This document shows, one piece after another, positions 36,792-47,176 of a stretch of DNA of 64,000 nt. Numbering within the stretch: the stretch's first letter is position 1; each line of letters opens with the position of its first letter. The DNA comes from Candidatus Moraniibacteriota bacterium (lineage in GTDB: Bacteria; Patescibacteriota; Minisyncoccia; Moranbacterales; UBA1568). Made by a program: the position numbers and the translations under genes. The notes under the pieces were generated by a model. The model worked only from the letters and a program-made list of their open reading frames with translations. It did no database searches and was not told the origin of the DNA. Location: the NCBI GenBank assembly GCA_903859375.1, contig CAIOMK010000030.1, forward strand, positions 5,238-69,237, in the 5' to 3' direction.

Positions 36792-38405
36792 TCATTTCCG
36801 GATTAGTTGCTCGATGGAAAATCTTCCATAGATGCCAAAGTCTGGGGCGCTGTATGTTTCAGCGACCGATTTCGTGAGTTTTCCCTTGCTCTTCGCATTT
36901 CCGATGAGGACGATCGGTTCGCTTCCGGTCAACTGCTTTTTTTTGGACAACGGCTTGAGGGCGACACCCTTTTGTGCCGTGAAATACTCGATCGATTTCA
37001 GATATTTGAAGATATAGGTCTGCTTGCCTTTCAGAAGCACCGTCTCGCCGGACTGGAAATGGCTTGTAATGTATTCCGCTATGCCCTCGACTTCCCCAAG
37101 GGTGATTTCGGTCGAGGTCGATCCACTGACCAGAGTCTTCCCGGAATGATCGAGGAAGGCCGTCCATACGGCCATACTATTCGTACACAGGACGATTGCG
37201 AGTATCGAGAGCGTCGCTATGAGCATCTGCTTCCGATATGTACCCGCGAATACGGAAAGTGCCTCTATCCACAATCCGAGCAGTATGAACGGGACGAACA
37301 TCGACGCCAGATAAAACCGCAAGGAGATCTCATTGGCAAGCGGTATGAACAGAATGAAATTTATCAGGGCATACATGCCGGTCAGCTGGAGAAAAAGCTT
37401 CACCTGTCCGTCCGTCGATTTTCTGATTGCGCGTATCCACAGCCACGCGCCACCGACTGAAAACAAGACGGAAAGGAATAGTCCCACCAGAAACGGCAAC
37501 TTTCCCGACAGGCCTTTCGCCTTTTGATAAGTCGAGATGACCATGTCGGTCCCACATTCGTCATCGTTGCCGATTCCGGAAATGATGAATGCGTCGGCCT
37601 GTGCCTGACATACGGCATCGGTCGCCAGATCTCCGAGAAGGGTCTTCCCGTTCGCCGTCTTCGTCGTCGTGGCTCCGAAGAATGCCTTTACGTTCGCACC
37701 GTTCGTCTGTGCCAGATCGATGACCTGTCCGATATTGAGCGCGAACGCCACGGCAAAGACGATCGCCGCCGGACGCCACAATGAAGGAGTCTTTCTGCCG
37801 ATGAACATGAAAAAGAGTAGCGCGGTTATCGGCATGACAACCAGAAGTACGGTGTGGAGCTGTACGCCGATGCCGAGCGCCACGCCGGCGACCAGAGCCC
37901 ACCGCAACTTCTTCACGGTCTTCGCGTCCGCAATCGCGAGCAGCGCGTAGAGGAACAGTATCGAATACAACGGCGCCGAATTCGGATTCCATGCGAAGCG
38001 AGCATACTTTATCGCGAAAACGCTCACACTTAGGCCGGCGGTCAGCAGGAGTGCCGTACGAGCCTGAAACGCCCTACGCATCAATAGAAACAGGAGCGGG
38101 ATGGTCAGTATGGACGCGAACAGGTCCGGATAGGCCATCTTGTCAGGGCTGTTTCCGAACACTTTCGCGGAAACGATCTGCAGATAATAAAATGCACCAC
38201 CGAGCTTGAACGTCGTGCCTCCTGCCTTCGGACCGAGCAACGGCCATGCCACATTGCCATCAACCACATGACTCACCAATGACGCGTCACGGGACTGATC
38301 CGCGTTGAACCGGAGCCAATCATGGAACTGATAGGTCCTGAGGAATATCCCGACCGATATGATGCCGAACAGGATGAGTGCGACTGTATTGATTCTTATC
38401 TTCAT
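36792..38405 (-). CDS. ArnT/PMT-like GT-C glycosyltransferase, paralog 1
   Basis: LRTYQFHDWLRFNADQSRD, WPLLGP, FAWNPN, GVQLH. Confidence 0.88.
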   Translation of the reverse strand: MKIRINTVALILFGIISVGIFLRTYQFHDWLRFNADQSRDASLVSHVVDGNVAWPLLGPKAGGTTFKLGGAFYYLQIVSAKVFGNSPDKMAYPDLFASILTIPLLFLLMRRAFQARTALLLTAGLSVSVFAIKYARFAWNPNSAPLYSILFLYALLAIADAKTVKKLRWALVAGVALGIGVQLHTVLLVVMPITALLFFMFIGRKTPSLWRPAAIVFAVAFALNIGQVIDLAQTNGANVKAFFGATTTKTANGKTLLGDLATDAVCQAQADAFIISGIGNDDECGTDMVISTYQKAKGLSGKLPFLVGLFLSVLFSVGGAWLWIRAIRKSTDGQVKLFLQLTGMYALINFILFIPLANEISLRFYLASMFVPFILLGLWIEALSVFAGTYRKQMLIATLSILAIVLCTNSMAVWTAFLDHSGKTLVSGSTSTEITLGEVEGIAEYITSHFQSGETVLLKGKQTYIFKYLKSIEYFTAQKGVALKPLSKKKQLTGSEPIVLIGNAKSKGKLTKSVAETYSAPDFGIYGRFSIEQLIRK

Positions 38406-38414
38406 ATGTTTTCA

Positions 38415-40073
38415 TTATCGGGCACTATTCGCCATAACCGTATATACGTATGTTTTCTGACCTATTTTCTCATACTCCGTATTATTTTCCGAATCCAATT
38501 CATTGTTCACGTAAAATACGGGGGCACCGGAACGCGAAAACGTCCCGATATCCGTATCATCCACCCATATGAGGTTTTTTCCTTGTTCCGCAATCAGATA
38601 GGACAACGGCTGAAATGAATAATCCATGATTTTGTAATCCCCTCCCAGGTAGATGTCTGTCTGTCCGCCAGAATGGTCAATCAGATATTTCACTATCGGT
38701 TCGATCTCGCCCAAGACGACCGAATGCGAATAGATACGTTTCTGAGCCTGCAGTTCTTCGATGATGGACGAGTATGCCTTGGCATTCGACGCCAGTAAAA
38801 TCAAGAAAACGAGAGAGACAATCGCCCACCCCCATTTTTTATGGAGCCCGATCGCATATTCGGTCAGGAAACCGAGAAACATGAACGGCACGAAAAATGC
38901 GAAGCTGAAATATCTGAGTTCAAGCTTCTCTCCGACGATAGGCAACATGATCAACAGTGACAATCCGAGATATGAAACGACGAACCTGATCCACATTCGT
39001 TTATCACGGTCTTTCTCCCGCAGGAAGCGGTATGCGAGCATCACGTACCCGAATATCGAGAATGCGAGTCCGGCGAACAGCGATGGCATGAATATCCGAC
39101 TCTTGAAATCTTTCAACGTCCTTCCGAATAACAAGGAGTCATAATAGTATGCACAGCTGTCCTGTCCGAATGACGAAATCATATACGAGTTCGCTTCGAT
39201 ATGACAGCCGATATCGTTTATCGGTCCATATCCGCGATTGACAGACGCTTGCCCATCGACCGCCTCGCTCTGTGCAAAATAGTTCAGGAATATTCCCATA
39301 TTAGCGAAACCCGTCTCCGCCTCACTCCGTATCTGTCCGATGTTCAACGCTGCCGCAATGACGCACACGACGAGCAATCGTTTCCATACGCCTCTTTGCC
39401 GGACCAACATATGAACGGATACGAGCAGAAAGAACGATGAGAACAATATGAGCAGTATGACATGCAGCTGGATTCCCACACCGAGTGCCGTCCCCAGAAG
39501 GACAACCCATCGCCATCGAGCCTGTTCACCCTTGATTTTGAATTCATACAGGGAAAGCAGAAACAACAGGACAAAGAACGGTATGAGGTTCGAATTCCAT
39601 GCGAAACGCGAAAAGCGGACAGCGAAGAATGAGACGGCATACAGGCCCGTCAGAGCAAGTGATACGCTGTCATCAAAGAGCTTCTTAAAAAAGAAAAATA
39701 GGAGCGGGATGGACAGGATACCGAAAAAAACATCAGGATACGCCATAGCCTCGGCTTTCATACCGAATATTTTCGCCGAAAGTATCTGGAAATAATAATA
39801 TATCGGGCCCACTTTGAAATGCGTTCCGTTGTCGGTCGAATAGTTTCCCATCGCCGGCCCGAGGAGCGGCCACACCGCACCGTTCTCGACGACGCCTTGA
39901 ACCAGGCTCGCATCTCGGGACTGATCGCCCTTGAACTCGAGCCAGTCGTGGAAATGGTATGTGCGCAGGAAGAGTCCGACTGCCAATATCGAAAACAATG
40001 CCGTCAGAAGAGCAACTTTTTTTGATATCCGCAGGCCATGTATAACGTATTCGTTCATAGTTGTGGGTATCAT
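38415..40073 (-). CDS. ArnT/PMT-like GT-C glycosyltransferase, paralog 2
   Basis: LRTYHFHDWLEFKGDQSRD, WPLLGP, FAWNSN, GIQLH. Confidence 0.88.
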   Translation of the reverse strand: MIPTTMNEYVIHGLRISKKVALLTALFSILAVGLFLRTYHFHDWLEFKGDQSRDASLVQGVVENGAVWPLLGPAMGNYSTDNGTHFKVGPIYYYFQILSAKIFGMKAEAMAYPDVFFGILSIPLLFFFFKKLFDDSVSLALTGLYAVSFFAVRFSRFAWNSNLIPFFVLLFLLSLYEFKIKGEQARWRWVVLLGTALGVGIQLHVILLILFSSFFLLVSVHMLVRQRGVWKRLLVVCVIAAALNIGQIRSEAETGFANMGIFLNYFAQSEAVDGQASVNRGYGPINDIGCHIEANSYMISSFGQDSCAYYYDSLLFGRTLKDFKSRIFMPSLFAGLAFSIFGYVMLAYRFLREKDRDKRMWIRFVVSYLGLSLLIMLPIVGEKLELRYFSFAFFVPFMFLGFLTEYAIGLHKKWGWAIVSLVFLILLASNAKAYSSIIEELQAQKRIYSHSVVLGEIEPIVKYLIDHSGGQTDIYLGGDYKIMDYSFQPLSYLIAEQGKNLIWVDDTDIGTFSRSGAPVFYVNNELDSENNTEYEKIGQKTYVYTVMANSAR

Positions 40074-40076
40074 TTC

Positions 40077-41729
40077 CTATTCTTGTTTCACTGTCTGATA
40101 TATATACAGGCTTTCACCACTCCAGCGATTCAGAACGTCCTTCTGATCTGTCGTTTTTGCACAGCCCATAAAGAACGTCCGGGCATCCTCCGGAACATTA
40201 CCATACGAATCATTCGCCCTCATCACTGTAACTCCCCGTTTATCCGCCAAATATATTACCGAATTGAGTGCAGACGACAACCGCCTGTCTTTGGACACAT
40301 ACACGCTTTCCCTGTCCGAATGGGCGGAAATAAAATTCACGAGAGGCTCGATTTCACCAAGCGTCGTCGCGCCGGAACAGGTTGCGTTCTGCGCCGAAAG
40401 TACCGCGGACTTTCCTCCGACGACGGTCAGATTGAAGAAGGCAATCAATATGAACAAAATGACGACAAACACAATCGCATTCACACGGTTCCAACTCTCG
40501 AATATTGATTTTACAAGCAATCCGAACAAGACATACGGCACAAAAAAGATGAAACTGAAATATCTCAGGTCGGCGATGGAACCGTCACTCAAAGGGTACA
40601 TGACGATGAACCCGAGTCCGCAATATAAAGCGAACAATCGGAGGAAATATGACTTTCTTTCTGTGTTTTCTTTCCAGACATTCCGAGCCAACAAGACATA
40701 TCCGGCAGTGGACAAAACGAGACCGAGGAGCAGAAGAGCAGCATCGCTCGCACTATGAGGATTCCTTACGTGGATATCACTGAAGTCTCCTGAAAGAATT
40801 TTGGCATAATCATGGGTGCAGTTGCTGAGCCCGAACGACGATCCATATGATGACAGATACAGGAAATTCGCCTCGATATGACAGCTCACGTCGTTTCCCA
40901 GCTTGTTCAGGATACCTCCACTGGCAGGATTTATCGAGGCGTCTGTGTTGGAAAAAAATCCAAAGAAGGCTTTGGTATTGCCGAAATCCGTCATCGACTC
41001 GTTCACTATCTGACTCCCGTTCAATAACAAGAATATCGAAAGGACAATCGCCCATTCTTTCCATATGACAGGGTCCTTCCTCATCGAAAAGAAAAAGACG
41101 AAAAAAACCACACCTGAGAAAAGGATCATCGTTATGGCATGCAGTTGGAAACCAACCCCCCATGCGATTCCGAGCAATATCGCCCACAACCACGGACGTT
41201 TCTCTTTCTCCCCTATGAATTTCAGGAGGGAATACAGGAAGAGCAGGACAAAAAACGGGATCGGGTTGCTGCTCCATGCGAATCGTGAATAACTGATGAG
41301 ATATGCCGATATCGAATAGAGGCCCGTAAGACCCAATGATAGGTTCCTATCGAAATACATCCTCATGAAGAGAAAGAATAGAGGGAGTGAAAGTATGGAG
41401 AAGAACACGTCCGGATATGCCAACGTATCCGGATAATTCCCAAACACTTTTGCCGATACGATCTGGAAATAATAATAGATTGGTCCCACATGGAAGGACT
41501 CTGCCTCAGTGGCTCCCGAATGGCTCAAAAAAGGTCCGAGGAGAGGCCATGAGGATTCTCCGGAGATGACTTGGTCTACACGGATCGCATCCCTACTCTG
41601 ATCGTCTCTGAATTGCAGCCAATCGTGAAAATTGTAGGTACGAAGAAAAACACCGACTGCCATGATGGCGAGCAGAATCCATATATGCCTCGAAACAGGC
41701 CACATCTTCCTCCACGAAAATGGCGTCAT
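40077..41729 (-). CDS. ArnT/PMT-like GT-C glycosyltransferase, paralog 3
   Basis: LRTYNFHDWLQFRDDQSRD, WPLLGP, FAWSSN, GFQLH. Confidence 0.88.
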   Translation of the reverse strand: MTPFSWRKMWPVSRHIWILLAIMAVGVFLRTYNFHDWLQFRDDQSRDAIRVDQVISGESSWPLLGPFLSHSGATEAESFHVGPIYYYFQIVSAKVFGNYPDTLAYPDVFFSILSLPLFFLFMRMYFDRNLSLGLTGLYSISAYLISYSRFAWSSNPIPFFVLLFLYSLLKFIGEKEKRPWLWAILLGIAWGVGFQLHAITMILFSGVVFFVFFFSMRKDPVIWKEWAIVLSIFLLLNGSQIVNESMTDFGNTKAFFGFFSNTDASINPASGGILNKLGNDVSCHIEANFLYLSSYGSSFGLSNCTHDYAKILSGDFSDIHVRNPHSASDAALLLLGLVLSTAGYVLLARNVWKENTERKSYFLRLFALYCGLGFIVMYPLSDGSIADLRYFSFIFFVPYVLFGLLVKSIFESWNRVNAIVFVVILFILIAFFNLTVVGGKSAVLSAQNATCSGATTLGEIEPLVNFISAHSDRESVYVSKDRRLSSALNSVIYLADKRGVTVMRANDSYGNVPEDARTFFMGCAKTTDQKDVLNRWSGESLYIYQTVKQE

Positions 41730-41741
41730 ATCTTCGAACGT

Positions 41742-43361
41742 TTATCGGATCCGATATATACCCACCTGCCCGACGTCCCGATGGTCGATGAAGGTCATCC
41801 CGCCGATTTCCCGATTACCGCCATCCCCGAGTATCGACCCCACATAGAATGCAGAAGCACCGGAAGGGACGCCTCCGATATCGATGCCTCGTTTTAGGGT
41901 CAACCCCTTTTCAGCAGACAGATATATGAGTGTCTTGTTGTATGGGGAATAGTATTTGGTTCCGCCGAACAGGTATGCCGTCTGTCCGGAAGAATTTTCG
42001 ACGATAAAATCGGCAAGCAGTTGAGCCGCATCCAAAACGAGATATCCGGAATCCGCGCGCGTCTTGTCCGCCAACGAAAGAGCCTCGGTACGGATGGACG
42101 AGAGGTTTGTTCCGATAAGGATGGCGAACAGTGCAATCGTTATCGCAAGATATTTCCTCGGATAGTTCCGCTTCAGGTATCCGATCAACAGGCCGATGAA
42201 GACGAACGGCAGAAACGTCATGTGGATGAAATAGCGCATCGGTGCCAGATCGATGATCGGCAACATGACCAGAAATGACATCACGGAATACAGGAGGACG
42301 ACTCCGGTGAAGTATTTTTTCGTCTTTTCCTGTTCCTTCCACGTCATATATACGAGCATCCCATACCCGAAGACCGAAAAACAGAGGCTCGCGAATATTC
42401 CAAGCCGGGCGGATTTACTGCTCGGCAGACGCAATGCGGAATTCGGTTTCATATTTCTCGCCTTCGAGTAGAGAAAATCGCAGTTCTCCTTGTTGCCGAG
42501 AGACGAGGAAATAAGAGAATTCGCCTGCGCCGTACACGCGATATCGAGCACCGTATTCCTCAGGAACCGGCTTCCCCCGCTATTGTCAGACTTGTCCGAA
42601 AACGATGCGAGGAAGACTTTCGTATTCGCGTAATCGGTTCGCTGTTCATGAATAATCTGACCGGTATTCGCCGCGACGACGAGTACGGCTACCACCGCCC
42701 ACCGACTCCATGTCTTCCGACTTTTTATCATCAGGAACAGGAACGACACTCCGGCTGTTCCCAGCATGGTCAGGAGCAGTATCGCGTGCAATTGGGAGCC
42801 TATCCCGATTGAAATACCCAAAAGGATGATCCATATCCATCGAGTCTTTTCTTTCGCAAGAAGAAACTCCCAAAGTGAAATCAGGAACAGTATCACGAAG
42901 AACGGAATCGGGTTCGGATTCCATGCGAACCGTGAATACTCGATCGCATAATACGATATGCCGTACAGTCCCGTCAGGGACAATGCGACTTTTTTATCGA
43001 AATACCGCTTCAGGAACACGTAGAGGAGCGGGATGGACAGAAGATTGAAGAACAGGTCCGGATACGCCAGCTTGTCGGGACCGATTCCGAATATCTTTAC
43101 CGAAACGATCTGAAAATAATAGTATGCCGGACCGAGGAGGAATCCGGTATTCCCCATCGACGATCCGAGCAGCGGCCAAGGGGCGTTGTTTTTCACCACG
43201 TTCTCCACGAGGAATGCGTCCCGAGCCTGATCGTTCCCGAAATGAAGCCAATCGTGGAAATTATATGTCCGAAAAAAGACGGCGAGCACGAAGAGAGCTA
43301 CGATCATAAAATAAAACGTCCGTTCCGACCGGATAATCCGGCAGATTCGTTCCTTCATCAT
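41742..43361 (-). CDS. ArnT/PMT-like GT-C glycosyltransferase, paralog 4
   Basis: FRTYNFHDWLHFGNDQARD, WPLLGS, FAWNPN, GSQLH. Confidence 0.88.
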   Translation of the reverse strand: MMKERICRIIRSERTFYFMIVALFVLAVFFRTYNFHDWLHFGNDQARDAFLVENVVKNNAPWPLLGSSMGNTGFLLGPAYYYFQIVSVKIFGIGPDKLAYPDLFFNLLSIPLLYVFLKRYFDKKVALSLTGLYGISYYAIEYSRFAWNPNPIPFFVILFLISLWEFLLAKEKTRWIWIILLGISIGIGSQLHAILLLTMLGTAGVSFLFLMIKSRKTWSRWAVVAVLVVAANTGQIIHEQRTDYANTKVFLASFSDKSDNSGGSRFLRNTVLDIACTAQANSLISSSLGNKENCDFLYSKARNMKPNSALRLPSSKSARLGIFASLCFSVFGYGMLVYMTWKEQEKTKKYFTGVVLLYSVMSFLVMLPIIDLAPMRYFIHMTFLPFVFIGLLIGYLKRNYPRKYLAITIALFAILIGTNLSSIRTEALSLADKTRADSGYLVLDAAQLLADFIVENSSGQTAYLFGGTKYYSPYNKTLIYLSAEKGLTLKRGIDIGGVPSGASAFYVGSILGDGGNREIGGMTFIDHRDVGQVGIYRIR

Positions 43362-45016
43362 TTTTTCATTAATGTATATATCATGATCCTCCCGAACCGT
43401 TCATATCCGAGAATGGCGTTGCCATCTACCTTGTCCCCGATCATATACGGCCTCGATTTGATACCGTCTATGTAGAAAAATCGTGTCCCACTTACGAAGG
43501 GTTCCTTGTTTCCCGGACGTACCACAACAGACCCCGATCGTTTGGCGATATAATCGAACGGTTTGAGAAATCGTTTCAGATACATCGTCGATCCATCGAT
43601 ATGGACGGTCCCAAGAGAATCGGTATTCGCGATGAGAAAGGCGACCATCGATTCGGCTTCGCCCAATATGCTGTCGTCGACGGAACTTGCGCTTTTGTCC
43701 ACATACGGCCGTGCCGAAACTATCAGCACAGACACATTCACAAAGAGGAACATCACCATGACAAGTACGTCGGCGGCACCCAGTCGTATCGCTTTCATTT
43801 TTTTCCCAGCGCATGTGTCCAACCAGAGTCCGAGCAAAATGAACGGGATGAAAAACAGGATACTGAAATAACGGACTTCTATCTGGGAAGCCACCGGAAC
43901 GAGCACGATGAACGAAATGAAATTATAGAAAAGTATCAATCCGAGGAACGTGCGTTTCTCTTCGCGCGGTTCCTTTCTCAGGGCTCGTATGGCGAGAACG
44001 TATCCGCCGATTGAGAACAACAATGTCGCAATCATCTCCGCAATGAACAAAACGCCATTTACTGTGGCTCCCGCCGGAACCAACCGGTTTATTTTGAAAC
44101 TCTTGGCAATATTGAACATTCCTCCGCATTCCTGTACGTTTATCGCGGAAAATATGATATGAGTGTTCGCCTGCATCTGACACGATGTGATGAGCGATAT
44201 GTTCCGCAGCAACGTATTCCCCTGCACGCTTGATTCACTGCCGGCACCCCTAAATAACTGACTGCTATTGGCGCCACCGGTACGTAGCTCGTACGAGATC
44301 TGGCCGTAATTCATCAGGAGAAAGAAAGAGAGCACCACTACGAAAATCTGCCACGTAAGATTTTTTTTCACGAGCAGGTACACGCACATTCCGACGGCTG
44401 TCAGAGGCATGATCAAAAACAGCAGGGTATGCAATTGGATGCCGACGCCCATACCGACACCGACCGATATGGCCGAACGATATTTTCCCGCTTTTCCATT
44501 GTCCGCAAGGCCGAGGAGTCCGTAGAGGAACAGGAGCGTGAAAAAAGGGATAGTATTAGGATTTGATGCGAACCGCGAAATCTGAATCGCGAAAAGCGAC
44601 ACACTCAGCAATGCGCTCAGGAAAAGTGACATTCGTACGGAAAAATATTTCCGCAGGAAGAGAAACAGCATCGGAATCGAGAGAATCGAAAAAATCAAAT
44701 CAAAATAGGCGATCTTGTCAGGAGCGTTTCCGAAAACGAGGGCCGACACATATTCGGCCTGATAGTAGAGCGGGCCGAGATAGAACTGTGTATTCCCCGC
44801 CTGCGGACCGAGCGCTGGAAGAGGCGCCTTGCCCGTGATGGCGTCGCTGATATAAGTCGCATCACGCGCCTCGTCGGGGCTGAATCGGAGCCAGTCATGA
44901 AACTGGTATGTACGGCAGAATACGCCCACGATCATGATGGCGAGCAATACCCAGAAATATTTCGGAACCGCCCTGATCCGCGAAACGATAGCTTTATTCG
45001 TCATAGGAAACAACAC
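43358..45016 (-). CDS. ArnT/PMT-like GT-C glycosyltransferase, paralog 5
   Basis: CRTYQFHDWLRFSPDEARD, LPALGP, FASNPN, GIQLH. Confidence 0.88.
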   Translation of the reverse strand: MLFPMTNKAIVSRIRAVPKYFWVLLAIMIVGVFCRTYQFHDWLRFSPDEARDATYISDAITGKAPLPALGPQAGNTQFYLGPLYYQAEYVSALVFGNAPDKIAYFDLIFSILSIPMLFLFLRKYFSVRMSLFLSALLSVSLFAIQISRFASNPNTIPFFTLLFLYGLLGLADNGKAGKYRSAISVGVGMGVGIQLHTLLFLIMPLTAVGMCVYLLVKKNLTWQIFVVVLSFFLLMNYGQISYELRTGGANSSQLFRGAGSESSVQGNTLLRNISLITSCQMQANTHIIFSAINVQECGGMFNIAKSFKINRLVPAGATVNGVLFIAEMIATLLFSIGGYVLAIRALRKEPREEKRTFLGLILFYNFISFIVLVPVASQIEVRYFSILFFIPFILLGLWLDTCAGKKMKAIRLGAADVLVMVMFLFVNVSVLIVSARPYVDKSASSVDDSILGEAESMVAFLIANTDSLGTVHIDGSTMYLKRFLKPFDYIAKRSGSVVVRPGNKEPFVSGTRFFYIDGIKSRPYMIGDKVDGNAILGYERFGRIMIYTLMKK

Positions 45017-45017
45017 T

Positions 45018-47165
45018 TTATTTGGACTCTATCGTTATCGAATCGACCAGGGCCGCCTGGTGCTTTTTCTTCGCCGTCGAGATCTGCACCGCTTTTCCCG
45101 CATCATCACGTATCGAGAATGGGACATCGTTTTCTCCGGGCTTAAGAGTACTCGTGACGACATACTCCCGCAGATCGCCGTCAAGGGTACCCGCGGACTG
45201 CACATCGTTTTGGATCGAGAATTTCAGACCGGACGAAGCCCCTTTCAACGAAACATGTATCGTCACCGTCTTGGCGACCGTATCCATATTGAAGATTTTG
45301 AGCCCCGCGCCGTCGCCGATCTCGCGGTATTGCTTTTTGTCATCACCTGCGAACTGAGTCGAGATCTGATCGTTCTTCAATCCGAGCGAGAAATAATATC
45401 CGGTCGGAACCTTCTGTGCGATTTCGTAGGCGATCAGAGAGTCGTCCTCATACCGGTTTGCATAAGCGATATATTTCTCGATGAACGACTGTGCGAGCCG
45501 TTGCATGGCCTCGTCGGCATACGTCTTGCTGATGGTGACATATCTCACATGATGATAATTCAGGATGTCGGTCGCCTGCGACCAATCAAACCCCTTCAGG
45601 ATATCGGTCATGTCCTTCTTGTCCGGATCGTTTCCTTTTGGAATCGTATACAGCAGTTGCTTGATGATCGGCGTCTCCTGTTGCATGTCGAACTGACCGC
45701 TGATCTTGCGTGCAAGTGGCATGCCGTTGAGCACTGGCTTCTTATGCACGGTATCGGTCAGCATCGCGTAACTGGCGAACTCGTAATTCGTCGAACCGGG
45801 TATCTCGATGAGTGAGTACGACTCGGTATCTTTCGCGATTCGGTCGTAAAACGGCGAATAGGCAACCATCATGGTCGACATCGGCGCCACCCAGAACTCG
45901 AACAGGATCACCACTGAAAACAAGGCGGTGTACACGTTTTTTTTCAGCGTATATTTTGTCTGCAGGAACGCCGACGCATACGCGGTCAGCATTGCCACTC
46001 CCGCCATCGAGATGACGAAGATGCGTCCCGTCGTACGGATATTCTCATAGAAAGGGACGAACTTATAGATCAGATAGTACGGCAGATACACGGTGAATGA
46101 CCCGAGAGAAAAGGATGCTCCGAGCGCGAGCACGTAAAATACCACCGTCACGGCACCCCACAATATCAGATCCTGGCGATATCCCTTATCCTTGAATCCG
46201 ACGCCCTTGTCGCGTACGAGGAAGTACAGGAAATACGCGATTACTGCCAGGACGGCGAATCCGACGAAGTACGATCCCCTGTTGGAATCGCCGAATACAT
46301 GGTCTTGGATCTTCGCACTGAGACCGCCCCATATCGCATGGAAGACCGGAGGCATGATCGGGTCGAGTATCTTGATGGAATATTTGTTCGCCGCGTTCAT
46401 GCCCGCGGACAAGAAGTTGTTGTCCGATGTGGCGACTTTCAACATATCCCCGAACATGCCGAATATCACTATCGTGAGCAGGCACGCCGAACCGACGACG
46501 TAGAACCAGAATTTTCGATTGCGGACCGTTTCACGGTTCACATATATCCGATATGCCGCGAAAAAGACGACATAGATCAGTGTGAATGCGAGAAATTGAT
46601 GCTCGCTCATCGCGATAAGAAAGGCGAACAGTCCGGTCGTCGCGAAATGCCTGAATCGCAGATCATCGAAAAATTTGGCCAGGAACAGCATCAGGAAAGG
46701 CAACCATTGCTGTTGCATTGTCCCGAGATGCACCGCGACCGATTGGTAATAATGAAACGGGGCGAACGCGAACACCAACCCTGCCACGAACGACGCACGG
46801 TCGTTTTTCGTGTAGTGTCTCGCCAGAAGAAACATGCCCACTCCGCTGAGAACGTACGTCAGGAGAAATATCACATTGTACGCCGCTATCTTTCCCATCA
46901 GCAGGCCCAGGAGGACATATGGTGTGAACGTGTTCAGACTTTTCAGGATGGACAGGGAGCCGTGGATGAAATCCGACGATCGGACCTGCACTATCCTGGT
47001 ATCGATACTGGAAATGACCTGATAGACGTCTCCCCCACCCTTCGGGATCTCATTTCCCATCCTCAATACCAACGGGAACGTGAACAACAGGGCTATCACG
47101 AAATACAGCGCGGAAGCGGTAAGGACGGGATGCTTTTCCGCCAATTTCAGTATCGTTCTTTTCAT
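45018..47165 (-). CDS. YfhO-like multi-TM protein, probable GT-C fold
   Basis: FTFPL, GGDVYQ, AYN, AGLVFAFAPFH, IRTTGR, HKKPVLNG; start placed at ATG 47165. Confidence 0.75.
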   Translation of the reverse strand: MKRTILKLAEKHPVLTASALYFVIALLFTFPLVLRMGNEIPKGGGDVYQVISSIDTRIVQVRSSDFIHGSLSILKSLNTFTPYVLLGLLMGKIAAYNVIFLLTYVLSGVGMFLLARHYTKNDRASFVAGLVFAFAPFHYYQSVAVHLGTMQQQWLPFLMLFLAKFFDDLRFRHFATTGLFAFLIAMSEHQFLAFTLIYVVFFAAYRIYVNRETVRNRKFWFYVVGSACLLTIVIFGMFGDMLKVATSDNNFLSAGMNAANKYSIKILDPIMPPVFHAIWGGLSAKIQDHVFGDSNRGSYFVGFAVLAVIAYFLYFLVRDKGVGFKDKGYRQDLILWGAVTVVFYVLALGASFSLGSFTVYLPYYLIYKFVPFYENIRTTGRIFVISMAGVAMLTAYASAFLQTKYTLKKNVYTALFSVVILFEFWVAPMSTMMVAYSPFYDRIAKDTESYSLIEIPGSTNYEFASYAMLTDTVHKKPVLNGMPLARKISGQFDMQQETPIIKQLLYTIPKGNDPDKKDMTDILKGFDWSQATDILNYHHVRYVTISKTYADEAMQRLAQSFIEKYIAYANRYEDDSLIAYEIAQKVPTGYYFSLGLKNDQISTQFAGDDKKQYREIGDGAGLKIFNMDTVAKTVTIHVSLKGASSGLKFSIQNDVQSAGTLDGDLREYVVTSTLKPGENDVPFSIRDDAGKAVQISTAKKKHQAALVDSITIESK

Positions 47166-47176
47166 GTGAGATATGG